This document shows positions 9,051 to 20,546 of a stretch of DNA of 64,000 nt, piece by piece. The DNA lies in assembly GCA_020891255.1 (NCBI GenBank), contig BQFW01000014.1:1426001-1490000 (forward strand). Direction: 5' to 3'. The stretch's first letter is position 1, and every line of letters begins with the position of its first letter. A model generated the notes under the pieces. That model was given only the letters and a program-made list of their open reading frames with translations, did not search any database and was not told the DNA's origin. This stretch comes from Entomortierella parvispora E1425 (taxonomy: Eukaryota > Fungi > Mortierellomycota). Both the position numbers and the translations under genes were made by a program.

Positions 9051-9751
9051 GTCTTCAAGTCCCGCTACCAGTGGGTGCCATAAGTTTTGTGGAGGTTGGG
9101 GAACGAGTTCAGGATCAGCCTCGGGTTGTTGAGGAGGGAGGGCTTGCTCTTGCGCGTCCATGATACGATTTCACTGGGAGAGAATGTCGACTTGGGCCAG
9201 GATTGGAAAAAGACGGGAAACAAAAAAAAAAAAAAGGGCAGACAAGCAATTAAACATCCGTGGACAAACAGGCGTGAACAGATAGACCACGGCACGCTTG
9301 AAGCTAGTGTGGCCCATGGTATGGGCATGCGCATGCTGCTCGAGAGGAGAGACGCTGGACCGCACCGCACACGCGCTTTTTGTCTCTGCTTTTGGGTCGC
9401 ACAAAATGTTCCGACCACTCCTTTCCCAAGTGAGGTCCACTTTTTTTTGGTGGGACTACTGGCGACCACTTTTTTTTTTGGTGGATGCGATCCTTTTTGG
9501 GACAAATCACCATTTTCCTGCAGGAATCACTCAAAAAGAGTGAAAAAGAGTGAAAAAGAGTGAAAAAGAGTGAAAAAGAGTGAAAAAGAGTGAAAAAGAG
9601 TGGAGCTGCAGGTTTGTTGACACCTTTGCACCACTCCTTTATTTTGAGTGGCGACCAAGTGGTGGCCACCAAAAAATTGAGTGAAGCCACCGTTTCTGTG
9701 CAACGAAGGATGGTCACTTTTTTCGAAAAAGTGGCCCAGTTGTCGAGGCTG
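9051..9751 (-). repeat. Right terminal inverted repeat (701 bp)
   Basis: Reverse complement of 4335-5036. Confidence 0.95.
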
Positions 9752-9759
9752 GAATAAGA
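9752..9759. repeat. Right 8-bp target-site duplication GAATAAGA
   Basis: Identical to 4327-4334. Confidence 0.95.
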
Positions 9760-10245
9760 GGACAAAAAATGCACGGGCCAATCGACCCATCCGACTCGTT
9801 GACGGCGAACAGACGAACAACAGGCGAGCAGGCAGAAGCGTGCAGGGTTTCTATATTTCTATATCAACTATTCCAAAGAGGCAGATCCATGACGCACATG
9901 GAGGCCACTGGCATCCTCCCTTTTGGTTTTAGACCGTTTTTTATTCTCTCCCAAGTGCTTTCGAATGACGACAACCCAGGACTTCTTTCCATCCAGGCTT
10001 TGACCTCTTCCAGCTAAACCAGCAATATAAAGGAGGCGACAGAGAAAGATGAACACAACATCTTTTCATTGCTTTGCATGCGTTTTTTTAGTCCCTGATT
10101 CTCCACACGACTCTAAAACACGTTTTGAGTATATTTTTTATTTTCTTCCATCTTCGTTTCTCTTCTTTCCCTTTCATCCTACTATCCCCCATAAACCATC
10201 CACACTACTTAACGACTTTTCGTTCTTCACATTGAAAAGATAAAT

Positions 10246-12297
10246 ATGAATCAAACTCAGGCGGCTCTTCATGCTTTGCCGAGCGATCTGGTCACCAAGT
10301 TATGTCGATCCAAAGTGACCAGGCTCTCTGTATGTTTATATTTTTTCTTCATCCTACGTTCATCCCATCACTAGATCTCTGACTTTCATCCATTATTGAT
10401 TGTGTTTTTGTGTTTTGTATCATCTTCACTCATTGACGTTTCCCCCTGCTAGCTCAAACAAATGTACACCCTGGGAAGACATGTACTTGAATCCAAGAAT
10501 CAAGGCGCGTTCGTGATCCCAGCTGTTTTCTTACATCAAGAGCTTCCGATTCGCATGTCACATGCACTTTCCATGCTCAACAACTCCTCAAACCTGCTGC
10601 CACTCAGCGTGGTGGAGATGCCCACCTTTCAAAAGATTGCTCGATCCTACTTGGAAGATATTAGGTACTAAAGTGGTGCTTAGCACGAAAAGGTGGCGAG
10701 GGAGGAAGAAAGTTGTTTGCACAGGGAAGGGCAAGGGAATGTAACGAGATCATCATCCAAATCTCTCAAGGCCAAAAAGAAAATACCTCTAACCTCTGAC
10801 CTCTTTTGTCTTTTCTTTTGCTCTTCCAATGGAAGTCTTATGACGCAAATTCCTAAGCCGTCGACACCTCAGCTGGAAGAGCAGTTCACTGCGTTGCTTT
10901 TTGATCTGGAGCAACGCCATGCGCTCAAAATGCTGACTATTGATCAAGGCGTCAGGGAACTAGTAGTGGCGTTGCAGGGTCATCGAGACAATCAGGCGAA
11001 TGACGCGTGCTCCATGAGGAGATGTAGCGTCGGTGAGAGCAGTAACAACTCTTACAACTGCAACCCTTGCCCTGAAGATGCTGCCGCTATCCAGTCCTTC
11101 TTCAACCGATTCTACACTATCAACCTTGGCACTCGTCTTTTGATAGGTAGGTCAAGTGGAATCAACGGTTAAGGAGATGACCTGATTAAATTTGTCCAGT
11201 TCTTCTGCTGACGCGTTTTTTTTTTTTTTTTTTTATGATCCCATGTACTAGGTGAACATCTCGCCCTTAAATACTCGAATGAAAATCTGGTCAAACGGTT
11301 GAACCCTCTCAAGATCTCTCAAAATGCCATAAGGGAGGCTCAGGACGGGTTTGTTGCACATTGTCACCAACAGTTTTCTACGGCACTAGCAGCAACCCGT
11401 CCGGTCATCGCTATCCCCACAGTTGAGATTCTGACATCATGTCCATCTTCGAACGAAATGTCAGCAACGTACGTGGAAGAGTTTTTACGTAGGAATATTG
11501 TTGAACTTCTCAAGAACGCCATGCATGCCACTTGTGAGACCCATCAGTCGAGACTGGAGGGTGATCCCTGGACCCTTGCCATGGGTACCCCTTCAACATC
11601 GTCAGCGAAGAGATCAGCGTTGCCTCCCATCCGACTAACCTTGGTGCACGGTGAAGAGGACGTGTCCATCAAGATCACGGACGAAGGTGGTGGATTTGCG
11701 CTTTCGGAGCTAGATCGGATCTGGAGCTTTGCACACGCCTCTCTAACGTCGTCGTCCTTGTCAGCCATGACAACCAAGCCCAGTTCAAAAACCCTTCTCT
11801 TTTCCCCTCCCGCTCCTTTCAAAATCTCAATGGGCTGCGGTCTACCACTGGCCCGTTTAATTGCTCGGTATTTTGGCGGAGATCTGACGGTGGTTCCTTT
11901 GGATGGACACGGCACCGATTCGTATCTCTCTCTTTACAGGAACGATGATCACCTTGAGAACTTCCCAGAACTCGAGACCGAGATGTTGGATGAGGTTGAT
12001 GTGCTTGTAGACGACCTCTTGGACAGATCGATGACCCTTGATTCTTCCTTGGTGACGGACTCTTCAATGGGCAGTCTCTCTCTGGACCCTTTAATGGCTG
12101 ATTCTTCTGTATCCATACCAGAAGCAGAGGCTCCATCCCCACCTCCTTCATTGCCAACGAGTATGCTCCTTGGCTTAGGCAAAACTTCCCCAAGGAATAG
12201 TGACGGTGCGACAACCAAACTGCTTCTGCCCAGAGTGGAATCATTCCTTCCACCACCCTCACCCTCTCTTTCTGAGCCCAACTCGCCGGCCTTGTAG
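10246..12297 (+). CDS. Mitochondrial alpha-ketoacid dehydrogenase kinase (PDK/BCKDK family), multi-exon
   Basis: FLHQELPIRMSH (N-domain), N-box ELLKNAM, G1 DEGGG, GLPLARLIARYFGGDL. Exon boundaries and start (MNQTQAAL) are inferred. Confidence 0.85.
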
Positions 12298-12862
12298 ACT
12301 AATAAAAACTATAAAAAGGTCTTATACTTGTACATATGTACCTTTGGCGGCGAGTAGACTACCAGGCACAGAATTTCTATAGTTAGGTCGGGACGCGCCA
12401 AAACTTTCATTGGCCAGGGATCGGCCGTCGCAAAAGTTCTTGGAAGGTAGCAAAACAGCATGGTAGAGCTACGAGCACTATCGCCGGGCGGGTTCAAGGA
12501 CCTTGAAGAGCTGGACATGACAAGAACTGGCAGCTGCAATAAGGTCTGCATCTGGGCCTGAGCATGTGGCAAGACCTTGACGCGTCTTGAGTTAACCATT
12601 GAAACTCGCGTCCTAGAGTTTTGAACAACAACATTCTGGTTTCTCGAGGAGAATCTCTTTTCTTCAAGGCAAGAGACCTTATTGTCATCTCTCCTTTAAA
12701 AACTGTAAGAGGTTCATATTGGTTCATATTTACTACCACTGAAACCCTCAATGTCGGTTGCTTAGGGACTTCATGGCCAACCTCAGTAGATCCCTCAAAC
12801 ATCCACCCGAGAGCCATTATCTCATGAGTTTACCCCACTCAGCACATCGACATGGAACATAA

Positions 12863-12874
<12 letters not shown>

Positions 12875-12910
<36 letters not shown>
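12875..12910. repeat. (AC)n microsatellite, about 18 units
   Basis: Read directly. Confidence 0.95.
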
Positions 12911-12913
<3 letters not shown>

Positions 12914-13654
12914 GGGAAACGATACATGGCAAAATTGCAAGAGTTGTATTAGTGCTCTTTTCTCTTCTATCTCTCACGACTGCGGCAAAAAAAAGAGGGT
13001 CGATTTTGAATAGCCAGAGGTGAGGCTCAAGGGAGAAAAGGAGAAGGGCTATGGAGGAGATGAAAATATGAGCTGCAATGTTGTTGGAGATGCCAATAAA
13101 AAGAGAAAAAAAAAAGAAAAAAGAAAAAGAAAAAAAAGAGAAAAAAAAAACAAAAAAAGAGTTGTCAGAAAAACGACAAGCAGGTAGGTAGAAAGGTAAG
13201 ATAAAAGAACAGGGATTGATAAAGAATTACTACATTACAAGGGGGAAGAGGCAAATAAAAAAAGGTACTCCTAGCAATATAGAGCTGGAGATAATTGAGA
13301 CGTAAATAGGACGGCTGGGAAACCGTCCGGCCCGCGTTGGTCGCTCTTCACTTGTCTGCACGCGCTTCCTGTGCAGAGAAGGAGAGCGAGCGGAAGAGAG
13401 GAGAGAGGGGGATGAAGAGTATTATTTTCGAGGTGGTCGGTTCAATGAATTTGGTCCGGCAGTCGGTGTGTGTGAGTGAGTGAGTGCGAATATGTGAGTG
13501 GTGTGTGTGTGTGAGCGTGAATGTCCTCCTTTTCTCCTCACATTTCGAAAAAGGAGTCTCCATTTCATCCTTGCTGCTCTAATGAAACATAGTCCAGCCA
13601 GGTATTGGAGTAGATAGGGTGACAAGGCATATATCCACTCCACAGAGCGAGCAA

Positions 13655-15533
13655 TTACAGAATGCCACTATCTTTGAGGGCGTTCTGTAGGATTGTTTCC
13701 TTAACGGCGGCAAAGACCAATCTATGGAGAATAAATGTGACAGGGGTCAGACAGAATTCTCTCTAGTTGCACCATAATTTTACTCCCATGAGGGTCAGGA
13801 TGAAACGTGTCAACTTACCGAATCTATGGAATGTGATCAAAAGACGCGCAGAATCATGAAACAGGCACAGCAGTGAAACGCTGACAGTTAGTAACTTGCG
13901 GGAAGATGTGGGTGGCTCCATGAAAGATTTCCATTGTTCATGTATCAATTAACCTACATTCAGAGTATCGGTCGCCTGCGTCATGCTGTTGGCGAAAGGA
14001 AAAGAAAAGTTGAAATAGGTTAATGATATCATCTTGGGAGCTCAGTGCATGCACTGCGCAAGGAAATGACACTGTGACATCCACACTTACTGAGGGTATA
14101 TGTGAAGTCGTGCTCGGTTGGTTTGAGTGAAACGCCAGAGGATGTACTTTGCAGCCTTGGTGATATCAGGGCCACCTGGTAAAGTTCAAAAGGGGGGATT
14201 AGATACTGTGCAGGAACTATGAAGGCTCAGATCATTGTCCTGAGCACACACCTGTGTAGTCCGAAAAGTACTTCTCCAAAGGTACTTTTGGAAGTTTGGC
14301 AGCAAACAGATCAATTTTGTTCATAAACAGGATAATGGAGGTCCTGAGGAACCATCGACTGTTGATTACGGATTCAAAGAGAACCAAACTTTCGGCCATA
14401 CGATTCTAGAGAAATGAATATGACGCAACATGATTAGGCAAAGGATATACCTCTAGGAAACAAGTGTGTTCGGTTGGAGGACACTCTTACCTGTCCAGAC
14501 TCTTCCAAAAGAACTTGATCATATTCACTCAAAGCCACACAAAAGATGATAGAGGTGACAGCCTCAAAACAATGGATCCATTTTTTCCGCTCTGAGCGCT
14601 GTCCACCGACGTCAAACATGCTAAAAGATCAAAGAGGAGAAAGTGCAATTAGAATCAGCGGTAGTTAATAACGTTCACAGGCAGACGGGCATTGGAGATG
14701 CGACGGGACGTTACTGTATACTAAGCTGGCCCATGTTGAATCGTGTTTCCGATATGCCCGTAGTTTTTGAACGAGCACGCAGTACATCTTGCACGACAGG
14801 AGTGTAGTCCTCTGCACCCAGCCGTCGGACCTGACTGAAGAAGCTGTTGAAGGACAGGATAGCAAGAAGAGCATATGTGAGTCGCGGTCGTGACTGGAAC
14901 ACGATGAAAAAAAAGTACAGTCACGAATACAAGAACAGAGAAAAAAAGGCGAAAAATACTCACTATGGCGCAGAGTCCATGATATAGAACTCACTGGACC
15001 GCTCCATCGTCTTGGCACTGCTGGGATCCTTGTAAAGGCTGTCAATAGCATTGACAATGTCGGCGCTCAGCGTAAAGTACGGATCTGCATCCACGCGATA
15101 GTCGAGGATACGATCAGCGTTGGCTTTATTCTCCGGCAAGGCCGGCTCCAGGCGCAATTTTTCCATAGCCAGCACCAACGACTGTGCAGAGTCGATGAGG
15201 TTCTTGTAAATGGTGAGCTTGTAGGTGGCCAGCTCTTCTGGACTATATCCTCCTTGATGAATCACCTTCATTTGCTTTACAATGGTCGATTTGCCAGATT
15301 CTCCACTCCCTAAAGGTCACGTCAAACAAGGGCGGGGACACGTTCAGCAGGCAAACATACAAAACGGATGAAGGGGCTAAATTGGCCGTCGACTGGAACA
15401 GGCGTAGTACTCTACCTAGAAGGAGGATTTTGCACTCTTTCTTGAGGCGTCGGTTATCTTCTTCCAGCCCTCGGTCAATGTTCTGGCTGATCTCCTTCTG
15501 CTCCTTTTCCTCGGCAGAAAGACACAGACCCAT
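13655..15533 (-). CDS. Heterotrimeric G-protein alpha subunit, group III (cAMP-pathway type), multi-exon
   Basis: MGLCLS N-terminus (myristoylation/palmitoylation), [33 protein letters not shown], and C-terminus [21 protein letters not shown]. Confidence 0.95.
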
Positions 15534-16815
15534 GGTGAAGTATTATCCAAGAGGTCGGGATTCAGAATGAGATAGGGTGGATATCAGAGTATTCAAATAG
15601 AGCGGTGGACGTGAGCACAAGCCGTAATAAAAACGACGTTGATGCTTGCAAGGGTCAAGCAAGGAGAGGGCGGCGGGGCAAGACGGGGGGTGTGCTGCAG
15701 AGGGGTAGATAGGTCGCGCGTTTGAGAGCTTGCTGGGAGCTGACTGAAAAGAATGCGCGGGTGATGAAGGTCTGTGTGGAGTGTGGTCGTTTTGTTTGAT
15801 GAATGGGGCGAATGCGCAGGACTGGCCAGGTAATCAAGGTTCGGGATGGAATGGGGAGGCGGAAGGGCGGGGAAAAGAAAGAGATTGGCGAAGGATTGTG
15901 AATTGTGAAGAGAGAAGAGAAATGAGAGGGGAAAAGCGGAAGAAGAGAGCGGGAGTCGGGAAACAAACACGAGAGAAGAGAATGAGAGGAAGCCAATGAA
16001 GAGACCAAGAGAATGAGAGAATGAAGGAACGACAGAAAGCAACGTTGATGGGAGGGAAGGAAAGAGAAAATGAGAGAAAGTGAGAGAAAATGAGAATGAC
16101 AGAGAGCACAAGGGTGCAAAGAGGGGGAGCGAAGGAGGGGAGAGAGAGAGGGCGAGTGAAGGAGAAGAGAAAAGAGAGAAGAGAGAAGAGCAGTGCACTC
16201 AAGAGACACGCAAGAAGGAAGGAAGGAAGGAAGGAAGAAAACAAGAAAACTGAGAGAGTGTGAAGTGTGAAGGTGTGAGGTGCGAGGTGAGGTGAGAGAT
16301 TTGGAGTGGGAGGGAGAGAAGGTAAAAAAAAAAAAAAAAAAATCAGAAACAACGAACGAATGCAAAGCAGCGAACGAGACACGAAACGACGTTGGCTGGG
16401 CTGGCGGGGGAAGTGTGCACAATCATGGCCATTTCCTTCACTGCCTCTTCTTTCTTTTCTTCTTCTTGTGTGCGGGCATGTCTATCTACAGAATGAACCA
16501 CAACCAACAGACAACAAACTGCCTCTGTTGCTGTTGCTGTCGCTGTTGCTACTGTTGTTTTGTTTTGTTGTTGTTGCGAACAAAACTAGAACCTGAAGAA
16601 GCAAAAGGTGGGGGAAAGTGGAAAGGAGAGAAAGCAAGGGAACGGGAGCAAGGATCACGTCTGCAACGCTCTCTTCTGTCTCCATTCGTTCGTCCGCTCT
16701 CGCTCACTTTGGCCAGACCATGGCCACGACCTCTCCGTTTCTTCTTTTTTTCCGACTCGTTTGTCTCCTCGTCCACCTCCCTCCAAGGCCACAAGCGTGA
16801 GAGCGCGTGTCGCTG

Positions 16816-16847
<32 letters not shown>

Positions 16848-16848
16848 T
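16816..16848. repeat. Compound (TC)n(GT)n microsatellite; (GAC)7 nearby at 16903-16923
   Basis: Read directly in the G-alpha/RAD14 divergent intergenic region. Confidence 0.9.
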
Positions 16849-17326
16849 CTGTGTCTGTGAGCACAAGCAGTTTGTTCATCGCGCCTGCACAGGACCGCCG
16901 CGGACGACGACGACGACGACGACGAGGGATTTTGAACGACACAACCACACACTGTCTGCAACGCAACACACCAAACTCAGCCATGCCCTTGTGCCATGCT
17001 TTTCCACTTGACCTCTCTGTCTGACAAAGAAACATTTTTTTTGGCAACGATTTGGTCATGTGACCTTTTTTTTTTTTTTTTTTTTTCGTCTTGTTTGACA
17101 ACGACATGCAAGAAGCGATTGCTCGACATGTTCCTCACTTTCTATCCTTCCTCACACCTTTTCTCCTTCTTCACACCTTCTCCCTCTCTTCTCTGTCCCG
17201 CTACCTTAGAGACGGCAATTGTACCATAGACCATACAACGGGGCACACAGTCGCCTTTTGAATTGCTATTCATCCTCATTCGACCTTTAGTTTGACCGTC
17301 CACGCCACCAATTTTGATTATAAAAA

Positions 17327-18520
17327 ATGGGTTCTTCCAACACACCAACGGACCTGGCCTCTTGGAGTTCCCGAGCAGAGCACAAAACTTCCACTGACTC
17401 ACACTCCTCAGCGACCAGCGCAAAAATGGCTTCGTCAGGGTCGTCTTCAGATGCTACTCATTTAGAATCAGAAGGCCGACATGTCTCTAAGAGCGAAATT
17501 TCACCTGAAATCCAGGCAAAGATCGAACGAAACCGCCAGGCTGCTTTAGAGAGACGTGCAAAATTCCAAAAGAGACAAGAGTCAGAGAGAGCGATTGCAG
17601 AGGCGCTTGCAGACAGTGGAACCCCATCTACTGGTGGGGCGTTCGGGAAGGATACTGCTGCTGTGATCAAGGCCATAGAGGCCATTGAGCCCCTTCCCAA
17701 GAACGATTGGACAAAATTCTACGACTATGATCTGTCAAAGATGAAGGATACTCGGGCTGGTTTCATCAAGGAGGTTGAAGAACCTTCATCTGCCAAGTCA
17801 GCAACGGCTGCAGACGACGAGAGCAGTCGAAAGAGGAAATGGCAGCCCACCATTGTGCAGCAGGATCCTTGTAGGTCTTCATTTGGTGCTTATATGCATT
17901 GACGGTTTTGTTTAATTTCATATGTTGAATGCTGACTGACGATACTCTCTTCTTTTGTAGCTATATTCTTGGGAGCTCAGGATAATTATGAATGCCAGGA
18001 TTGCGGTTCCCTCGACGTTGATTTCCAACTCTTGACCCATTTTCATGTGCCTGTCTGCATCAGTTGTCGAGATTCACAACCCGAAAAATATTCCTTGCTG
18101 ACAAAGACAGAGTGCAGGCAAGATTACCTTCTGACAGACCCAGAGCTGCGCGACACTGAGTTATTCCCATTCTGGGAGCGGCCAAATCCCAAGAAATCGA
18201 CCTGGAACAACATGATGCTTTACCTCCGGTGTCAGGTCGAAGAGTTTGCCTTCAAGAAGTGGAATGGACCTGAGGGGTTAGACCAAGAGTTTGAGCGTCG
18301 TGAAAGAGACAAAGAGGCTAGGAAGGAGCTCAAATTCAAAAAGGAGCTACGGGATCTGAGAAACAAGACCAGGACATCAGTCTGGCAGGACAAAAAGCTT
18401 CGAAATCGTGCCAAAGTTCACAAACACGACTACGGCGCAGCGCTGGTTGATCCCTCCACTGGTGCATCAGTTCAGACTTGCATCGAATGTGGCATTCAGG
18501 TAGAATGTGAAGAGTTTTGA
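17327..18520 (+). CDS. RAD14: Nucleotide excision repair protein Rad14/XPA
   Basis: YDYDLSKMKDTRAGF, zinc finger CQDC...CISC, YSLLTKTECRQDYLLTDPEL, PNPKKSTWNNMMLYLRCQVE. One intron at about 17871-17960. The start could instead be 17426. Confidence 0.95.
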
Positions 18521-18591
18521 TTCTAACAATAAACCCCTCATGTATATTATCAGATGCAATGCTATTTGTTTATTTTTATTTCTATTTCCAT

Positions 18592-19969
18592 TTAAGCGGT
18601 TTTCGTCTCAAGATCTGTCCATGCCTCCTTGTCCAGGATATACTGGTCGTACTTTTCCTTTGCCTCAGCAATCTGTGGGCGGACCAAAGCCAGGGATGTT
18701 GCGGGAACTGGTGTCGAGGTGCTTTGAAGGAATGTGCGAAGAGTGACCAAGACCTTCTCCACCAAATCCTCGTCATCCATATGGAGAGTGAGAACGGTGC
18801 TGAGAGCTGAAACAATCTCCAAGTTGACCAACTGTGTGCTGCATGCAGGATCTTCAATGAGAAGGCTGTTGATCAAGAAGACGGCCTTGCGCAGAAGGCT
18901 GATATCTAAAGAACCAATAACATTGAATGCAGTTAGAGATCCATTATTGACCAATTTTCTTTTTTTACGCTCTGTAAATCAAAGCAGCCAAAAGTCAATA
19001 GAAAATATATCTGATTTACCAGTCTCGTTCTTCAACATGCCGACAAGTTTGCCGTGTCCATCCACAGCCTTGAATTCCTCCAAAGCAGGGGTATAGTGCT
19101 TGATCGCTCCTGACAAGGCATAAATAGCCTTGGCGCGAACATATGTCTCTGGGTCTGAAAGCAAATCAATCACAGGGGCCAATCCCTTATCCTTCAAGAA
19201 CTATGAGGCAGATCGAGAAATGAAGATTAAAATAAGAAATTAATAAAAAGATCGGAAAAGAAGGTCATGGAACGTTTCTGTTGTAATGTGTTATCATTGG
19301 CGTGCAGCAAACTGAATAGTCACAGCGAGGATCCAGATCCATATGCCATGAAAACTTACAGCTGCCTGTGCTTTAGGGTTGTTCTGAGTCGCTGTTCCGC
19401 AAACCCACGCCGCCTGCTCCCTGAACTTTGGATTCTCGTTCTTCAACTCTTCCAGGATTGGAGGCCACATCTTCATATTCTCAATATCTAATGAGATGAA
19501 AAGGAAAAGTTAGCGACAAAGACATACCGGAGCTAGCAGCATACATTGATAGACATGTCGGTGTAACAAAAAGCCCCATGTTCTTACTACAGGCGTTGTC
19601 GATCTGCTGGATCAGCATCTCAAAGTCCTCCCATGCCAACTCCTTGTTCTCAACGGTAGCCTGGGGGCTTTTGATCACTGTCAAAGCCTCAAGCATCAAC
19701 TGGGATTCGCTCTTTCCAAGAATAGCGTCAATCAGACCAGGATCCTATAAATCGAGTAAGTCTTATGAGCTTCCATGACAACGCGTTTCGTCAAAGACCT
19801 AGTTTGTTTGCGTTTTTTTTTTTTTTTTTTTTTTTTTTCAGTAGGAACCTACCAACTTTTCCATGGGCTTAACATCGGCGCTTTTCACTGAGGCATCTTC
19901 GCCAGCGGTAGCCTGGTTCAGAATGGACCACTTGAGGAGTTCGTTCAATGATTTCTGTTGGGCGGCCAT
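18592..19969 (-). CDS. FES1: Hsp70 nucleotide-exchange factor Fes1/HspBP1
   Basis: LNELLKWSI N-terminus, EDFEMLIQQIDNA, WVCGTATQNNPKAQ, and VRAKAIYALSGAIKH armadillo repeats. Multi-exon. Confidence 0.92.
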
Positions 19970-20546
19970 GGTAAAGGTAATGTAATGTGTCTGTTGAAAA
20001 GAGAAAGCAATGGAATGGAAGAGAAAACATGGTCAAAGTCAACAACTTTATACACGTGATCTTCATGATAAATATTATCACGTGATACGTGGGTCCGTGC
20101 GCACGATGATCCAACATGGACACAAAAAAAGACATCAACACTGACGCAGATAAAGGCAGAAAAGACCTAGGAACTTGGGCGACCTACAGCTCGTATTTTG
20201 ACTACCTGAAAAGAAATAATGACTAAGAGACAAAGATCTGTTCTGATCTGCCCCGTAGGTTAGATAGCGGCCGCGCCCCAGTGCAGAGTGACATGAGAGG
20301 ACCCAGGAACCAGAATGTCGTGTTGGTGCCGTTGAAATACGTCAAGAAAAAGAGAGAGAACAAAGAAGGGAGGTTGAATTGGCTGCAGTGTTAGCAACGG
20401 CTTTTTTTTTTTTTGCCTTTTCTCAAAACATCCAGTACCCCCAAAAGGTTCTCTTTTTTTCCATTGACCCAATTGATCAGCCCTAGACATTCTCTTTACA
20501 CTGTCGTGCGACTTGAAACCATCCACTTTCGTGCGTCTTCGAAGCG

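Larger units (their letters stand above)
4335..9751 (+). mobile_element. hAT-superfamily DNA transposon (5417 bp) with ~700-bp TIRs
   Basis: CAG...CTG termini, exact 8-bp TSD, inverted repeats 4335-5036 / 9051-9751, and an internal transposase with hAT motifs (TYDGW, TTDSA, CxxH, TRWNS, C-terminal dimerisation domain with SERLFS). Confidence 0.95.

Noticed and set aside
4335-9751. Classification as a Mutator/MULE because of the long TIRs
   Set aside because: The 8-bp TSD and the hAT-specific TRWNS and C-terminal dimerisation motifs indicate hAT.
12309-12827. ORFs between the PDK-like gene and the G-alpha 3' end
   Set aside because: Overlapping short frames with no domain signal and no convincing gene structure.
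15593-17107. Long F/S/L-rich ORFs upstream of the G-alpha gene
   Set aside because: Translations of CT/GA-rich UTR or promoter low-complexity sequence and microsatellites.
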